This document shows positions 55,147 to 64,000 of a stretch of DNA of 64,000 nucleotides, piece after piece. The stretch is from contig CAWDXG010000001.1 of NCBI GenBank assembly GCA_963806225.1, forward strand, positions 928,001-992,000, read 5' to 3'. This DNA is from an uncultured delta proteobacterium. Lineage in GTDB: Bacteria; Myxococcota_A; Polyangia; Polyangiales; Polyangiaceae. The notes below the pieces were generated by a model, which was not told the DNA's origin, did not search any database, and saw only the letters and a program-made list of their open reading frames with translations. Position numbers and translations under genes: made by a program. How positions within the stretch are numbered: position 1 is the stretch's first letter; each line of letters begins with the position of its first letter.

Positions 55147-58100
55147 CTACGGCGTGACACGGCGCAGTGCTTCATCGCGATTGCCGTCCTCCAGCGGCCG
55201 GTATTGCTCCCCGTCGAGCCAGAACGTCTGGCCATCGGCCCGCACACCTTCCTCGCGCAGCCGGGCCTTGATGGGTCGATAGCCATCGGTCATCGGCATG
55301 CGCTCGACCAGGCGCAACAGGCGTGGGCGCACGTGCCCTTGCTCGCTCGCGAGATGGCGCGACAGGCGCTCCAGATCCAGCGACTCGCCGTCGGCGGGCA
55401 CGACAGCCGCGGCGATCACTTCGCCTGCGGCGCCTTCCGGCGTGACGCCATACGCCGCGGCCAACTCCACGTCGGGCAGCTCGAGCAGCCGGTCCTCGAG
55501 CGCACGCGGGAACACGGGGCCGCCCGGTGTGCGTACGACGTCGCGCAGACGATCCACGAACCAGTAGTCGCCGTCGGCATCCCGACGCATGAAGTCGCCG
55601 GTCACGAACCAGGCGTCGCCGGTGTCGAACACGTCGCGCCTGATGCGGCTGCGCGCGCCGTCGGTGGAGTCACCCTCCGGGAGGTGGAGCGGATCGAGCT
55701 TTGCGACAAGAACCCCGGGCTGGTCGGCCCGGCAGCGCACGAACCGTCCGAGCGCATCCCGCGAGAAGTCGCCGGCGTTGAAGTCGTATTCGACCAGCGT
55801 CTTGTCGATGCTGCCCGGGAGCGAACGGCCCACGGCGCCGACCTTCTTGCCGGAGGCGTTGGCGAGCACCAGGTTCACTTCGGTCGACGCGTAGAACTCC
55901 AGCACGCCTACCGGCCCGAAGCGCTCGATTACCCGCCGCCACACGTCGGCGCGCATGCCGCTGCCGGCAAAAAGCCTGAGTGGGCTGTCGCGCTCGGCGG
56001 GGCTCGGCGTCGCGTCGACGAGCTGTCGGCACATCTCGCCGGCGTAGAAGACTACGCTGGCTCCGTAGCGCCGTACGTCGTTCCAGAACACGTCGGGCTC
56101 GAAGCGCGTGGCTAGCGCCAGTCGCGTGCCGCCCACCAGCGCTCCGCCGACGGACACGAGCAGGCCTGCCGGGTGATGTAACGGAAGACAGGCGTAGACC
56201 GTGTCCTTGGAGGTGAGCGTGCATGCCGCGGCCGCGCCGTACGCGGAGAAGGCCCAGCGGCGGTTCGTGATGCCGGCCGCGCGCCCGCGCCCGCCGCGAT
56301 CGACGGTGACGATCAGCATGGCGAGGTCCGAAGCGCGCCCCGGATTCGGGCGGTACCACCCGGGCAGCTCCACGGCCTCCGGATCGATCGCCTCCATGTC
56401 GACGACACCGTCGGGGAGCGCGCGGTTGGGGCCGCCGCCGCCGAGCACGAGCACCTCTCCCGCGAAGGCGGCGCGGGCCCGGGCGGCGTCTTCGGGATCG
56501 GTGGCGAGGAACTCGAGACGGTCCAGCCCGAGCGCGCGGTCGAGCGCCTCGTCGTCGGCTTCCGGACTGAGCAGGACGGACACGGCGCCGATGCGGTTGA
56601 TCGCGGTGACCATCGAGAGATAGCTCGGACGACCGCGCATCATCACGCCGACGTGATGACCGGGTCGGACTCCGCAGTGGATCAGCCCGCGCACGACATT
56701 CTCCACGCGGCGATCGGCGTCGGCGTAGGAAAAGGCCCGCCCTTTCCAGAGGAAGAACGTCTGGTCGGGGATGGAGCGCGCCTGGCTTGATAGCGCGTTG
56801 CCGAAGCTGACGGTCGTGTCGTCCTCGATGCGGTTGAGCAGCGTCAGCCGTGGCAGCTGGTAGCGCAGGTTGTCCACCGCGTCGCCAATGTCCTCGAAGA
56901 CGTGCCCGAACTTCTCCCAGGCCGTCTCCAGGGTGCCGACCGCCACGTCGTAGAACAGGTCGAAGTCCAGCGGCTCGTCGAAGGCAGCGTCCTCGACTTC
57001 CACTTCGCCGCGGGCGGGTTGTTCTTCTTCGGTGAGCAGCCGGGGCTTCTTGCCGTGGCCCTCGCGCCATTTGATCCATTCGATGACCGTCGGCCAGGTG
57101 TCGCGTCCCGCCGTCGAGCCCACCACCAGGCCGAAATGGCCAGCAGGTACGGTTGCCTCGAACAGCTCGGCTGTCGGCACGGCGTGCTCGATGGCCCGCA
57201 CGGATGCCGGGCGAGCGATGTCGTCGCGCCCGCCGACGAAGTAGAGCACCGGCGTCGTGATGTCGGCTAGCGTCACGGTCCGGCCGTTGATGACGAAACC
57301 GCCCGACATCATGCGGTTCTGGACGATGAACTCGTCGACGAACTTGCGCAGCGCGGGTCCAGGCCATGCGACGAAACCCTCGCCGGCCAGGAAGCGCCGT
57401 CGACTCTCGCGCTTCTCCAGGGCCTGGCGGTCGTGCAGCTTGCGGACGAAGTCGACCAGTTGCTCGACTTCCTTGCGCAGGCTCAGGACCTTGAAGCCGG
57501 TACTGGTGAGCACGCCGGGAAGGCCTTCGATGTGCTGGAGAGGCACCTCGACCACGGGGCGCAGGATGCGGAGGATGCGGCCGGTGAGATCGGCGCTGAG
57601 GCTCGGCAGGTTCTTGTGGATGTCGACCGGGCTGCCGAACGTGATGAGCGACGCGATGCCGGCGGAGCGCCGGTAGGCCGCCGCCTGGTAGACGAACATG
57701 CCGCCCTGCGAGTAGCCGCCGAGATGGACGTTGCGTCCCGTGGCGCGGCGCACGCGATCGACCGCATGGGCCACGGCGCGCACGTGGTCGTCCAGCGTGC
57801 GCTCCATGCCGCCCTCTTCCGTTTCCGGCGCGCCGAAGTCCACCACCCAGGTGTCGATGCCGGCGCCGACCAGACGGCGCACCGCGCTCAGATCAGGGGC
57901 TACGTCGTAGATCTCCGCCGTGAGCATGAGCGGAGGAACCAGCAGGAGCGCGGGCCGCGGGGCGTCCCCGCCGAGCTCGTCGAGGTAGCGCCGGAGCTTG
58001 TAGGTACCCTCCTGGTGCATCACCTCGTAGGGCGCGTTGTCGCTGACGCCCAACCGCCCGAGCCGGATCAGCTCCAGCGCATTCTCCGTCCCCATCCCGA

Positions 58101-58176
58101 TCCGGCGCAGGCGCGAGCGCCAAGGGCGTCGTCGTCGGCGCCGGGGGGAGTGCTCCCTCGGCTGTCTTTCGCTCAC
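55147..58176 (-). CDS. PhaC-like alpha/beta hydrolase fused to an acyl-CoA synthetase-like domain
   Basis: LLVPPL, VVDFG, GYSQGG nucleophile elbow, GHFGL; then LPLHH, YAGEMCR, EFYASTE and TGD. Confidence 0.85.
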   Translation of the reverse strand: MSERQPREHSPRRRRRRPWRSRLRRIGMGTENALELIRLGRLGVSDNAPYEVMHQEGTYKLRRYLDELGGDAPRPALLLVPPLMLTAEIYDVAPDLSAVRRLVGAGIDTWVVDFGAPETEEGGMERTLDDHVRAVAHAVDRVRRATGRNVHLGGYSQGGMFVYQAAAYRRSAGIASLITFGSPVDIHKNLPSLSADLTGRILRILRPVVEVPLQHIEGLPGVLTSTGFKVLSLRKEVEQLVDFVRKLHDRQALEKRESRRRFLAGEGFVAWPGPALRKFVDEFIVQNRMMSGGFVINGRTVTLADITTPVLYFVGGRDDIARPASVRAIEHAVPTAELFEATVPAGHFGLVVGSTAGRDTWPTVIEWIKWREGHGKKPRLLTEEEQPARGEVEVEDAAFDEPLDFDLFYDVAVGTLETAWEKFGHVFEDIGDAVDNLRYQLPRLTLLNRIEDDTTVSFGNALSSQARSIPDQTFFLWKGRAFSYADADRRVENVVRGLIHCGVRPGHHVGVMMRGRPSYLSMVTAINRIGAVSVLLSPEADDEALDRALGLDRLEFLATDPEDAARARAAFAGEVLVLGGGGPNRALPDGVVDMEAIDPEAVELPGWYRPNPGRASDLAMLIVTVDRGGRGRAAGITNRRWAFSAYGAAAACTLTSKDTVYACLPLHHPAGLLVSVGGALVGGTRLALATRFEPDVFWNDVRRYGASVVFYAGEMCRQLVDATPSPAERDSPLRLFAGSGMRADVWRRVIERFGPVGVLEFYASTEVNLVLANASGKKVGAVGRSLPGSIDKTLVEYDFNAGDFSRDALGRFVRCRADQPGVLVAKLDPLHLPEGDSTDGARSRIRRDVFDTGDAWFVTGDFMRRDADGDYWFVDRLRDVVRTPGGPVFPRALEDRLLELPDVELAAAYGVTPEGAAGEVIAAAVVPADGESLDLERLSRHLASEQGHVRPRLLRLVERMPMTDGYRPIKARLREEGVRADGQTFWLDGEQYRPLEDGNRDEALRRVTP

Positions 58177-58242
58177 GGATCCCTTGTAGATCAAGCAGCA
58201 TGATTGTGGAACACGGCAGCTCCCGGGCGTCCCGGGGCGGCG

Positions 58243-59322
58243 CTACATGCCCAGGCCTGTCAGGAGGTCGTCCAGTCTGAGCGCCGCCGCCAGGTTGCCG
58301 GCCGAGTGCGCATAGTCCAGCGCCGAGAAGAGGTGGGTCTGTTCGAGATCGAGCCGCTCGGGGTGTTGCTCGATGAGCGCGACGTAGTGCTCGAAGTGGC
58401 GTTGCGGATCGGCGCGGGTGCGGCGAGCGACGGCGTGCTTCACGGTCGCGTGCAGCGAGAACCGCCCGGCGAAGGGTTCCTGGACCAGATGCCAGCGGCA
58501 GAGCGTGTCCAGCGCCTCGCCCGCCCCCACGCGTACGCGGGCGAGCTTGAACAGCGACTCGCGGTCGACGTGGTCGCCTTCAGTGTGGGCGAGCACGCCG
58601 AGCATCCGGCGGGGCGCCGGCGACAGGCGCTTCCAGGCCAGTTCGACCAGAAGCCCGACTTCGGGCAGGTCGTCCTCGTGCTCGATCACGCGCACCCGAT
58701 CCACCCCTCGCGACCTGAGGAAATGCTCGAGCTCGGGCACCCGCGCGACGCCGTCCGTGACCAGCGCGTCCGCCAGGTCGAGCGCCAGTGGATTCCAGCG
58801 CAACAGGCGCGTCAGGGAGGCTACCCGGGGAAACGCGCTCCGGCCGCTGGTCACGAGTGGCGCGATCACCGGAAAGATCGACACTCCGGCCAGCAGGCAG
58901 CGCCGTGCGGTCACGAGCCAGGTGACGGGCGCGTCGCGCAGCTCGTCGAGCAGCGTGGCGACGGCAGCGTCGTCCTCGTGGTTGTCGAGCACGACGAAGC
59001 TATCGCCGCGCGCTTCGAGCTCGCGGCGCAGGGCCGTTGGCAGCCGCTGGCGCGGCGTCCGGAAACGCAGGGCCAGCATCTCGAGCAGCGTGTGGGCGTC
59101 CCAGGCGCCTACCCTGAACCAGTGGATCCCGCCCGGGAAATCGCGCGAGACCCGGTGCCCGAGCGCGCAGGCCAGTGTCGACTTCCCGCTGCCTCCGGCC
59201 CCGACCAGTGCGATGCGCGTCGGGTGTCCGCTGCGCACCCCGGCTACCAGGGTGGCGAGCTCGCGGCGTCGTCCGCGCAGCGAGCGCGGTCGCGGTGGAA
59301 ACACGTTGGGTGGTCGCGTCAT
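58243..59322 (-). CDS. NB-ARC (STAND) NTPase domain protein
   Basis: LRGRRREL, Walker A GAGGSGKS, Walker B VVLDN, LVTAR, NPLAL, FSLHATV. Confidence 0.82.
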   Translation of the reverse strand: MTRPPNVFPPRPRSLRGRRRELATLVAGVRSGHPTRIALVGAGGSGKSTLACALGHRVSRDFPGGIHWFRVGAWDAHTLLEMLALRFRTPRQRLPTALRRELEARGDSFVVLDNHEDDAAVATLLDELRDAPVTWLVTARRCLLAGVSIFPVIAPLVTSGRSAFPRVASLTRLLRWNPLALDLADALVTDGVARVPELEHFLRSRGVDRVRVIEHEDDLPEVGLLVELAWKRLSPAPRRMLGVLAHTEGDHVDRESLFKLARVRVGAGEALDTLCRWHLVQEPFAGRFSLHATVKHAVARRTRADPQRHFEHYVALIEQHPERLDLEQTHLFSALDYAHSAGNLAAALRLDDLLTGLGM

Positions 59323-59363
59323 GGCCGGGAGGGACGGTAGCACCGGCCCCAGCCGGAGCGCGA

Positions 59364-60641
59364 TCAGCTCCGGCGCGCCGGGCTTGCGACCCGGTAGGTG
59401 AGCTCGACCGCGACAGCGAGCAGCAGCATCGCCGCTAGCGCGATCAGCCCCACCAGGTTGTGGCGGCTCTGCCAGAGCAGCGCGACCAGCGCGGCGAGGC
59501 AGGCGACCGTGCCGGTGAGCGCGATGGCCGGATTCGCGCCGATGTCATCCGAACGCCGTGCCGCCGCCGTATTGACGATCGCGAAGACCAGAAGGAAGCC
59601 GGCGCTACCCATGACGGCGATGTTCGACAGGTCGAACAGGTTCGCGGCCAGCAGCGTGGCTGCTGCCGTGATGAGTAGACCCTCGAGTGGGCGATTCCAG
59701 ATGTTGCGCTCGAGCAACCCGGGCAGCTCGCCGTCCTTGGCGATGATGTAGCTGACGCGCGCGGCGCCGTAGAGCGTGGCATTGATGGCCGAGGCGGTGG
59801 ACAGGAGCGCCGCGGCGCCGACGAGAGTGAAACCCGCCTGTCCCAGAAACGGTCGCGCCGCCTCGGCGAGCGCGTAGTCCCGCGCGGAGACGATCTCTGG
59901 CACGGCAAGGTTGCCCACGGTAACCGCGGCGACTGCGACGTAGAGCACGATCACGAACCCGACGGCCGCAAAGTAGGCGCGAGGCAGCGTCCGCTTGGGA
60001 TTCTTCACGTCGCCGGCGGTATTGGCGATCAGCTCGAAGCCCTCGTAGGCGAGGAAGATCAGCATGCCGCCGGCCACGAGCGACAGCGGTGAGCCCCAGC
60101 TCGGCGGGGCGAGACGCGCGGCGTCGATGGATGCGAAACCGGTACCGACAAACAGGAGCAGGATCGAGATCTTGATGCCGACGATCCATGTCTCCGCGCG
60201 CCCGACGGCCGACGATCCGAAAGCGTTGAGCGCAGCGAGCGCGATCACCACGCCCGAGAGGCACGCATGACGCCACAGTGCGGAGTGCGGGTGTCCGACC
60301 AGACCGGCTGCATAGCCCCCGAACGCGTGCGCATACAGCGAGAGCATGATGATGTAGCTCAGCCAGAGCAGCACGTTCACGCTGCCGGAAAATAGGTTCT
60401 CGCCGAACGCCTGGTTCACGAATTCGACGGTGCCTCCCTGGCTGGGGTAGCCGACGGACAGGCGTGAATACGAGTAGGCGGTGAGCAGCGCTACGGCTCC
60501 GGCGATCAAGAAGGCGACGGGCGCTCCGCCACCGGCGAGCTGCACGGAGAGCCCGAGCACGGCGAAGATGCCGCCGCCCACCATGCCGCCTACGCCGATC
60601 GCGATGGCTCCCCACAGGCCGATCGCCCCTTCGTGTTTCAT
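59364..60641 (-). CDS. APC-family amino acid permease
   Basis: GGMVGGGIF, FLAYEGFE, KNPKRTLP, KDGELP and about 12 TM segments. Confidence 0.93.
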   Translation of the reverse strand: MKHEGAIGLWGAIAIGVGGMVGGGIFAVLGLSVQLAGGGAPVAFLIAGAVALLTAYSYSRLSVGYPSQGGTVEFVNQAFGENLFSGSVNVLLWLSYIIMLSLYAHAFGGYAAGLVGHPHSALWRHACLSGVVIALAALNAFGSSAVGRAETWIVGIKISILLLFVGTGFASIDAARLAPPSWGSPLSLVAGGMLIFLAYEGFELIANTAGDVKNPKRTLPRAYFAAVGFVIVLYVAVAAVTVGNLAVPEIVSARDYALAEAARPFLGQAGFTLVGAAALLSTASAINATLYGAARVSYIIAKDGELPGLLERNIWNRPLEGLLITAAATLLAANLFDLSNIAVMGSAGFLLVFAIVNTAAARRSDDIGANPAIALTGTVACLAALVALLWQSRHNLVGLIALAAMLLLAVAVELTYRVASPARRS

Positions 60642-60830
60642 GCTGTCGGGCTCCGGACCCGGGGCCGGCGGACGGGATTGCGCCAGCTGGAGGTCGAGTT
60701 GTTCTGCCGTTCTTGACGCCCGGGCCGGCTGATCGCGACCATGGTCCGGCGACGGGATGCATTCAAGGCAAGGGACATGGCTACTGGAGGGACAACGCCT
60801 GCAGTATCACATCATGGGAGGCGATCACCG

Positions 60831-61487
60831 ATGGCGTCGGATCTAGTCTTGGCAGAGTTCAAGGATCACGAGGCGGCATCGAGCGCCGCAGCGGCGCTTC
60901 TCGCCAAGCAGCTCGAGAACGGCGGCGCCGCCGTGCTCGCGGGCGGCAACACGCCGCGCCGCACGTACGAGTTGCTGCGCGACAAGCCGCTGGCCTGGCA
61001 GCGCGTCCAGCTGCTGGCTTCGGATGAACGCTGCCTGCCCGTGGGACACGCCGATCGCAACGACCGCATGATCGGCGAGGCCTTTGGTCCGCTCGGCTAC
61101 ACGCTCCTGGGCTTCCCCGCGGAACTGGGTGCCGAGGAGGCCGCGCGAGCGATGGAGCCCCGGGTCAAGGAGCTCTTGCCCTTCAAGGTGGCGCTGCTCG
61201 GGCTCGGCGAGGACGGTCACACCGCATCGCTGTTCCCGGGGCAGAGTGCGGTCGCCGCGGCACCGACCCTGGTTGCGCCGGTGCACGACTCGCCCAAGCC
61301 GCCGCCCGATCGTGTCACGCTCACCCTGCGCGCCCTCGCGACCGCGGAGGTGATCGCGTTCCTGGTGACCGGCGAAGGCAAGCAGAGCGCGCTCGCGGCG
61401 CTGCTCGAGGGGGGCGACGTGCCGGCGGCCATGGTTCGCGGCGGGCAGGTCCGCGTCCTGGCTGACCGGGCGGCTCTGGGTCGCTAG
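60831..61487 (+). CDS. pgl: 6-phosphogluconolactonase
   Basis: LAGGNTP, DERC, LGLGEDGHTASLFPG, PKPPPDRVTLT. Confidence 0.93.
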   Translation: MASDLVLAEFKDHEAASSAAAALLAKQLENGGAAVLAGGNTPRRTYELLRDKPLAWQRVQLLASDERCLPVGHADRNDRMIGEAFGPLGYTLLGFPAELGAEEAARAMEPRVKELLPFKVALLGLGEDGHTASLFPGQSAVAAAPTLVAPVHDSPKPPPDRVTLTLRALATAEVIAFLVTGEGKQSALAALLEGGDVPAAMVRGGQVRVLADRAALGR

Positions 61488-61631
61488 CCCCGGGCTGGAA
61501 CACCGCTCCACGCGCATCGAGCTCCCACCGCCGCGGCCGCCTCGCGCAGGACTTCTACGTACCGGGTGCCTCCCGCGCATCCGTTGCGCACTCCTTTCGC
61601 GATGGCCGTCGAAAGTCGTGCTCCGGGCCTG

Positions 61632-61647
61632 TGGAACGCAGCTTGCT
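61632..61647 (+). promoter_or_regulatory. sigma54 promoter of hsp20
   Basis: TGGAAC-GCAGC-TTGCT. Confidence 0.6.
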
Positions 61648-61702
61648 CCAGAGGGCCAACGCTCGACCTTCGGTCGAGCACGAGTCAAGAGGAGGACGAC
61701 GG

Positions 61703-62194
61703 ATGGCCAACATCTCGATTTCACGTAAGGAAAACGGCAACAAGCCCACGACCGGGACGCCGACAACCACCCGACACTGGGATCCGCTCCGCACCATGCG
61801 CGAGATGATGCGCTGGGATCCGTTCGGGGAGATGGCGCCATCGGCGTGGTGGACCGAGGAAGAGGCGTTCGCGCCAGCTTTCGAGGTGAAGGAAACGAAA
61901 GAGGGCTTTGTCTTCAAGGCGGACATGCCGGGCGTAGAGTCCAAGGACCTGGACGTGAAGCTCACGCAGAACCGTCTGAGCGTCAGCGGCAGGCGCGAAG
62001 CCGAGAAGTCCGAGAAGACGGACACCTACTACGCCTGCGAGCGCTCCTACGGCAGCTTCACCCGGGCGTTTACGCTGCCCGAGGGCGTCGATGCCGAGAA
62101 GATCAAGGCCGACCTCAAGGATGGCGTGCTCACGCTCTTCCTGCCGAAGAAGCCGGAGATGCAGCCCAAGCAGATCAACGTGAAGTCGTCCTGA
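61703..62194 (+). CDS. Hsp20/alpha-crystallin small heat-shock protein
   Basis: ADMPGV, ERSYGSFTRAFTLP, DGVLTL, C-terminal I-x-V; AGGAGG RBS. Confidence 0.96.
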   Translation: MANISISRKENGNKPTTGTPTTTRHWDPLRTMREMMRWDPFGEMAPSAWWTEEEAFAPAFEVKETKEGFVFKADMPGVESKDLDVKLTQNRLSVSGRREAEKSEKTDTYYACERSYGSFTRAFTLPEGVDAEKIKADLKDGVLTLFLPKKPEMQPKQINVKSS

Positions 62195-62206
62195 TCTGCT
62201 AGCCTG

Positions 62207-62235
62207 GCGGATGGCGGCGTCGTGCCGCCATCCGC
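62207..62235 (+). terminator. Perfect 12-bp stem-loop after hsp20 (no U-tract)
   Basis: GCGGATGGCGGC-GTCGT-GCCGCCATCCGC. Confidence 0.55.
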
Positions 62236-62253
62236 TCGCGCAGGGGACGCGAC

Positions 62254-63447
62254 ATGCAGATACACATCAGTGCGCTTTCCGGCCAGCAGATCGGTCCCGA
62301 TGTCGAGATCGTGGAGCGGAAGGGGCTCGGACACCCCGACAGCGTGTGTGACGCGCTGGCCGAGCAGCTGTCGGTGCAGCTGTCGAAGTACTATCTCGAA
62401 AACTTCGGGCGCATTCTCCATCACAACGTCGACAAGGCGCTGCTCAGGGGCGGCAGAGCACGCGCCCGCTTCGGCGGGGGTGAAGTGTTAGAGCCGATCG
62501 ACATCTACCTCGCAGGGCGCGCCGTCACGCGGGTCGGGGACGTGGAGGTGCCGGTCGAGGAGATCGCGGTCGAGTACAGCCGCGCCTGGCTTCGCGAGAA
62601 CCTGCGCTCGATCGACGTGGACCGTCACGTCAATCTGCATTGCATGGTGCGCCCCGGGTCGGTCGATCTGGGCGAGCTGTTCGGGCGCCGTTTCGATGAG
62701 ACGCCGCTCGCCAACGACACCTCGATAGGCGTCGGCTATGCGCCGCTGTCGAGGCTGGAGCGGCTGGTGCTCGAGCTCGAGCGGCTGCTCAATACCCGCG
62801 GCTTCCGTGATCGCTACCCGAGCGGCGGCGAGGACGTGAAGGTGATGGGGGTCAGACAGGGCAGCCGCATCGATCTGACGATCGCGCGCGCATTCGTCGA
62901 CCGCCACGTCCAGAGCTTCGACGACTATCTGTCGCAGCGCGCCGAGCTCGAGGCCGAGGCCCGCCGCATCGCTTCAGGATTCTCCGACAACGTGAACGTC
63001 CGTGTGAACGCCGCGGATGGTCCGGAGCCGGGCTCGATCTACCTGACGGTGACGGGCACTTCGGCGGAGGCGGGCGACGACGGTGAAGTCGGGCGCGGCA
63101 ACCGCGCGAACGGTCTGATCACGCCGCATCGTCCCATGTCGCTGGAAGCGACGGCTGGGAAGAACCCCGTCAGCCACGTCGGCAAGCTGTACAACGTGCT
63201 GGCCCGGGAGATGGCGGAGAGCATCGTGCTCGAGCTCGACGCTGTCGAAGCCGCACACTGCGTGGTGTTGAGCCGCATCGGCAGTCCGGTGTCCGAGCCG
63301 GAGCTGGTCGACATCAGGGTGGCGACCGTCGAGAACCGACCCTACGACGCAGCCCACGGCCGGATCCGCGAGATCGTCGGCGACCAGCTGCTCGATCTGG
63401 GCCTCATGACGGAGCGCCTGCTCGGCGGGCAGGTGCAGCTGTTCTAG
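62254..63447 (+). CDS. mat: Methionine adenosyltransferase, archaeal-type
   Basis: VERKGLGHPDSVCD, HHNVDK, ANDTS, GEDVKVMG, GDDGEVGRGNR, AGKNPVSHVGKLYN. Confidence 0.93.
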   Translation: MQIHISALSGQQIGPDVEIVERKGLGHPDSVCDALAEQLSVQLSKYYLENFGRILHHNVDKALLRGGRARARFGGGEVLEPIDIYLAGRAVTRVGDVEVPVEEIAVEYSRAWLRENLRSIDVDRHVNLHCMVRPGSVDLGELFGRRFDETPLANDTSIGVGYAPLSRLERLVLELERLLNTRGFRDRYPSGGEDVKVMGVRQGSRIDLTIARAFVDRHVQSFDDYLSQRAELEAEARRIASGFSDNVNVRVNAADGPEPGSIYLTVTGTSAEAGDDGEVGRGNRANGLITPHRPMSLEATAGKNPVSHVGKLYNVLAREMAESIVLELDAVEAAHCVVLSRIGSPVSEPELVDIRVATVENRPYDAAHGRIREIVGDQLLDLGLMTERLLGGQVQLF

Positions 63448-64000
63448 TCCCAGCGTAACGCAGAGCGGCCGTGCCAGCCGTGCTCGCCGACGAGCGGAAC
63501 GAAGGCGCAGCCGGTCAGTTGCTCCGTCGAGAGCTCTCCGTCACGGCGGCGCACCCTCAAGAGATTCTGCGCCCACTCGTCGCCGACCGGGATCACCAGC
63601 CGCCCGTCCTGGCCGAGCTGGGTGGTCAGCGGAGGCGGAACGCGCGGCGCGCCGGCCGCCACGATGATCGCGTCGTAGGGCGCGCGCTCGGGCCAGCCCC
63701 GGCTTCCGTCGCCTTGTACGACGCGGACGTTGTCGTAGCCGAGGCGCTCGAGCAGCATCTGCGCCCGCTCGGTCAGCTCGGGGACGTACTCCACCGAGAT
63801 CACGTCCGCTGCGAGCTCGCCCAGGAGAGCAGCCTGGTAGCCGCTGCCCGTTCCGATCTCCAGCACCCGCTCGGAACCGGACAGCTCCAGCGCTTCGAGC
63901 ATCATCCCCACGATCAGCGGTTGCGAGATGGTCTGGCCCTTGCCAATGGGAAGCGGCCGGTCTGCATACGCCTGGTCCAGGACTTCGGCGGGAACGAACT
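63444..64000 (-). CDS. pcm: Protein-L-isoaspartate O-methyltransferase; start lies outside the window
   Basis: GQTISQP, VLEIGTGSGYQAA, GDGSRGW, APYDAIIV, FVPL. Confidence 0.95.
   Translation of the reverse strand, partial: FVPAEVLDQAYADRPLPIGKGQTISQPLIVGMMLEALELSGSERVLEIGTGSGYQAALLGELAADVISVEYVPELTERAQMLLERLGYDNVRVVQGDGSRGWPERAPYDAIIVAAGAPRVPPPLTTQLGQDGRLVIPVGDEWAQNLLRVRRRDGELSTEQLTGCAFVPLVGEHGWHGRSALRWD

Overview
Very GC-rich, gene-dense bacterial DNA. The Ser/Thr kinases, PEGA/TPR proteins, Cys-rich lipoproteins and sigma54-type promoters suggest Myxococcota/Polyangia (inference). About 50 CDS; I saw no rRNA, tRNA, CRISPR array or transposase. The main candidate for an undescribed system is a tightly coupled six-gene minus-strand operon (13743-20470): PqqD/RRE-like protein, ATP-grasp ligase, fold-III PLP decarboxylase-like enzyme with an N-terminal leader-like YxxPxI motif, urea-transporter::M23 peptidase fusion, TPR/beta-barrel-like protein and an exported TPR protein. 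Other notable features: a selenocysteine formate dehydrogenase (in-frame UGA plus an fdhF-like SECIS hairpin), several sigma54-type promoters before stress genes, an archaeal-type SAM synthetase between hsp20 and pcm, a minimal NB-ARC protein, a pseudokinase and a PhaC-like::acyl-CoA synthetase fusion. Four genes show single-base frameshifts, most likely assembly errors. All calls come from motif recognition by eye; no database search was run.
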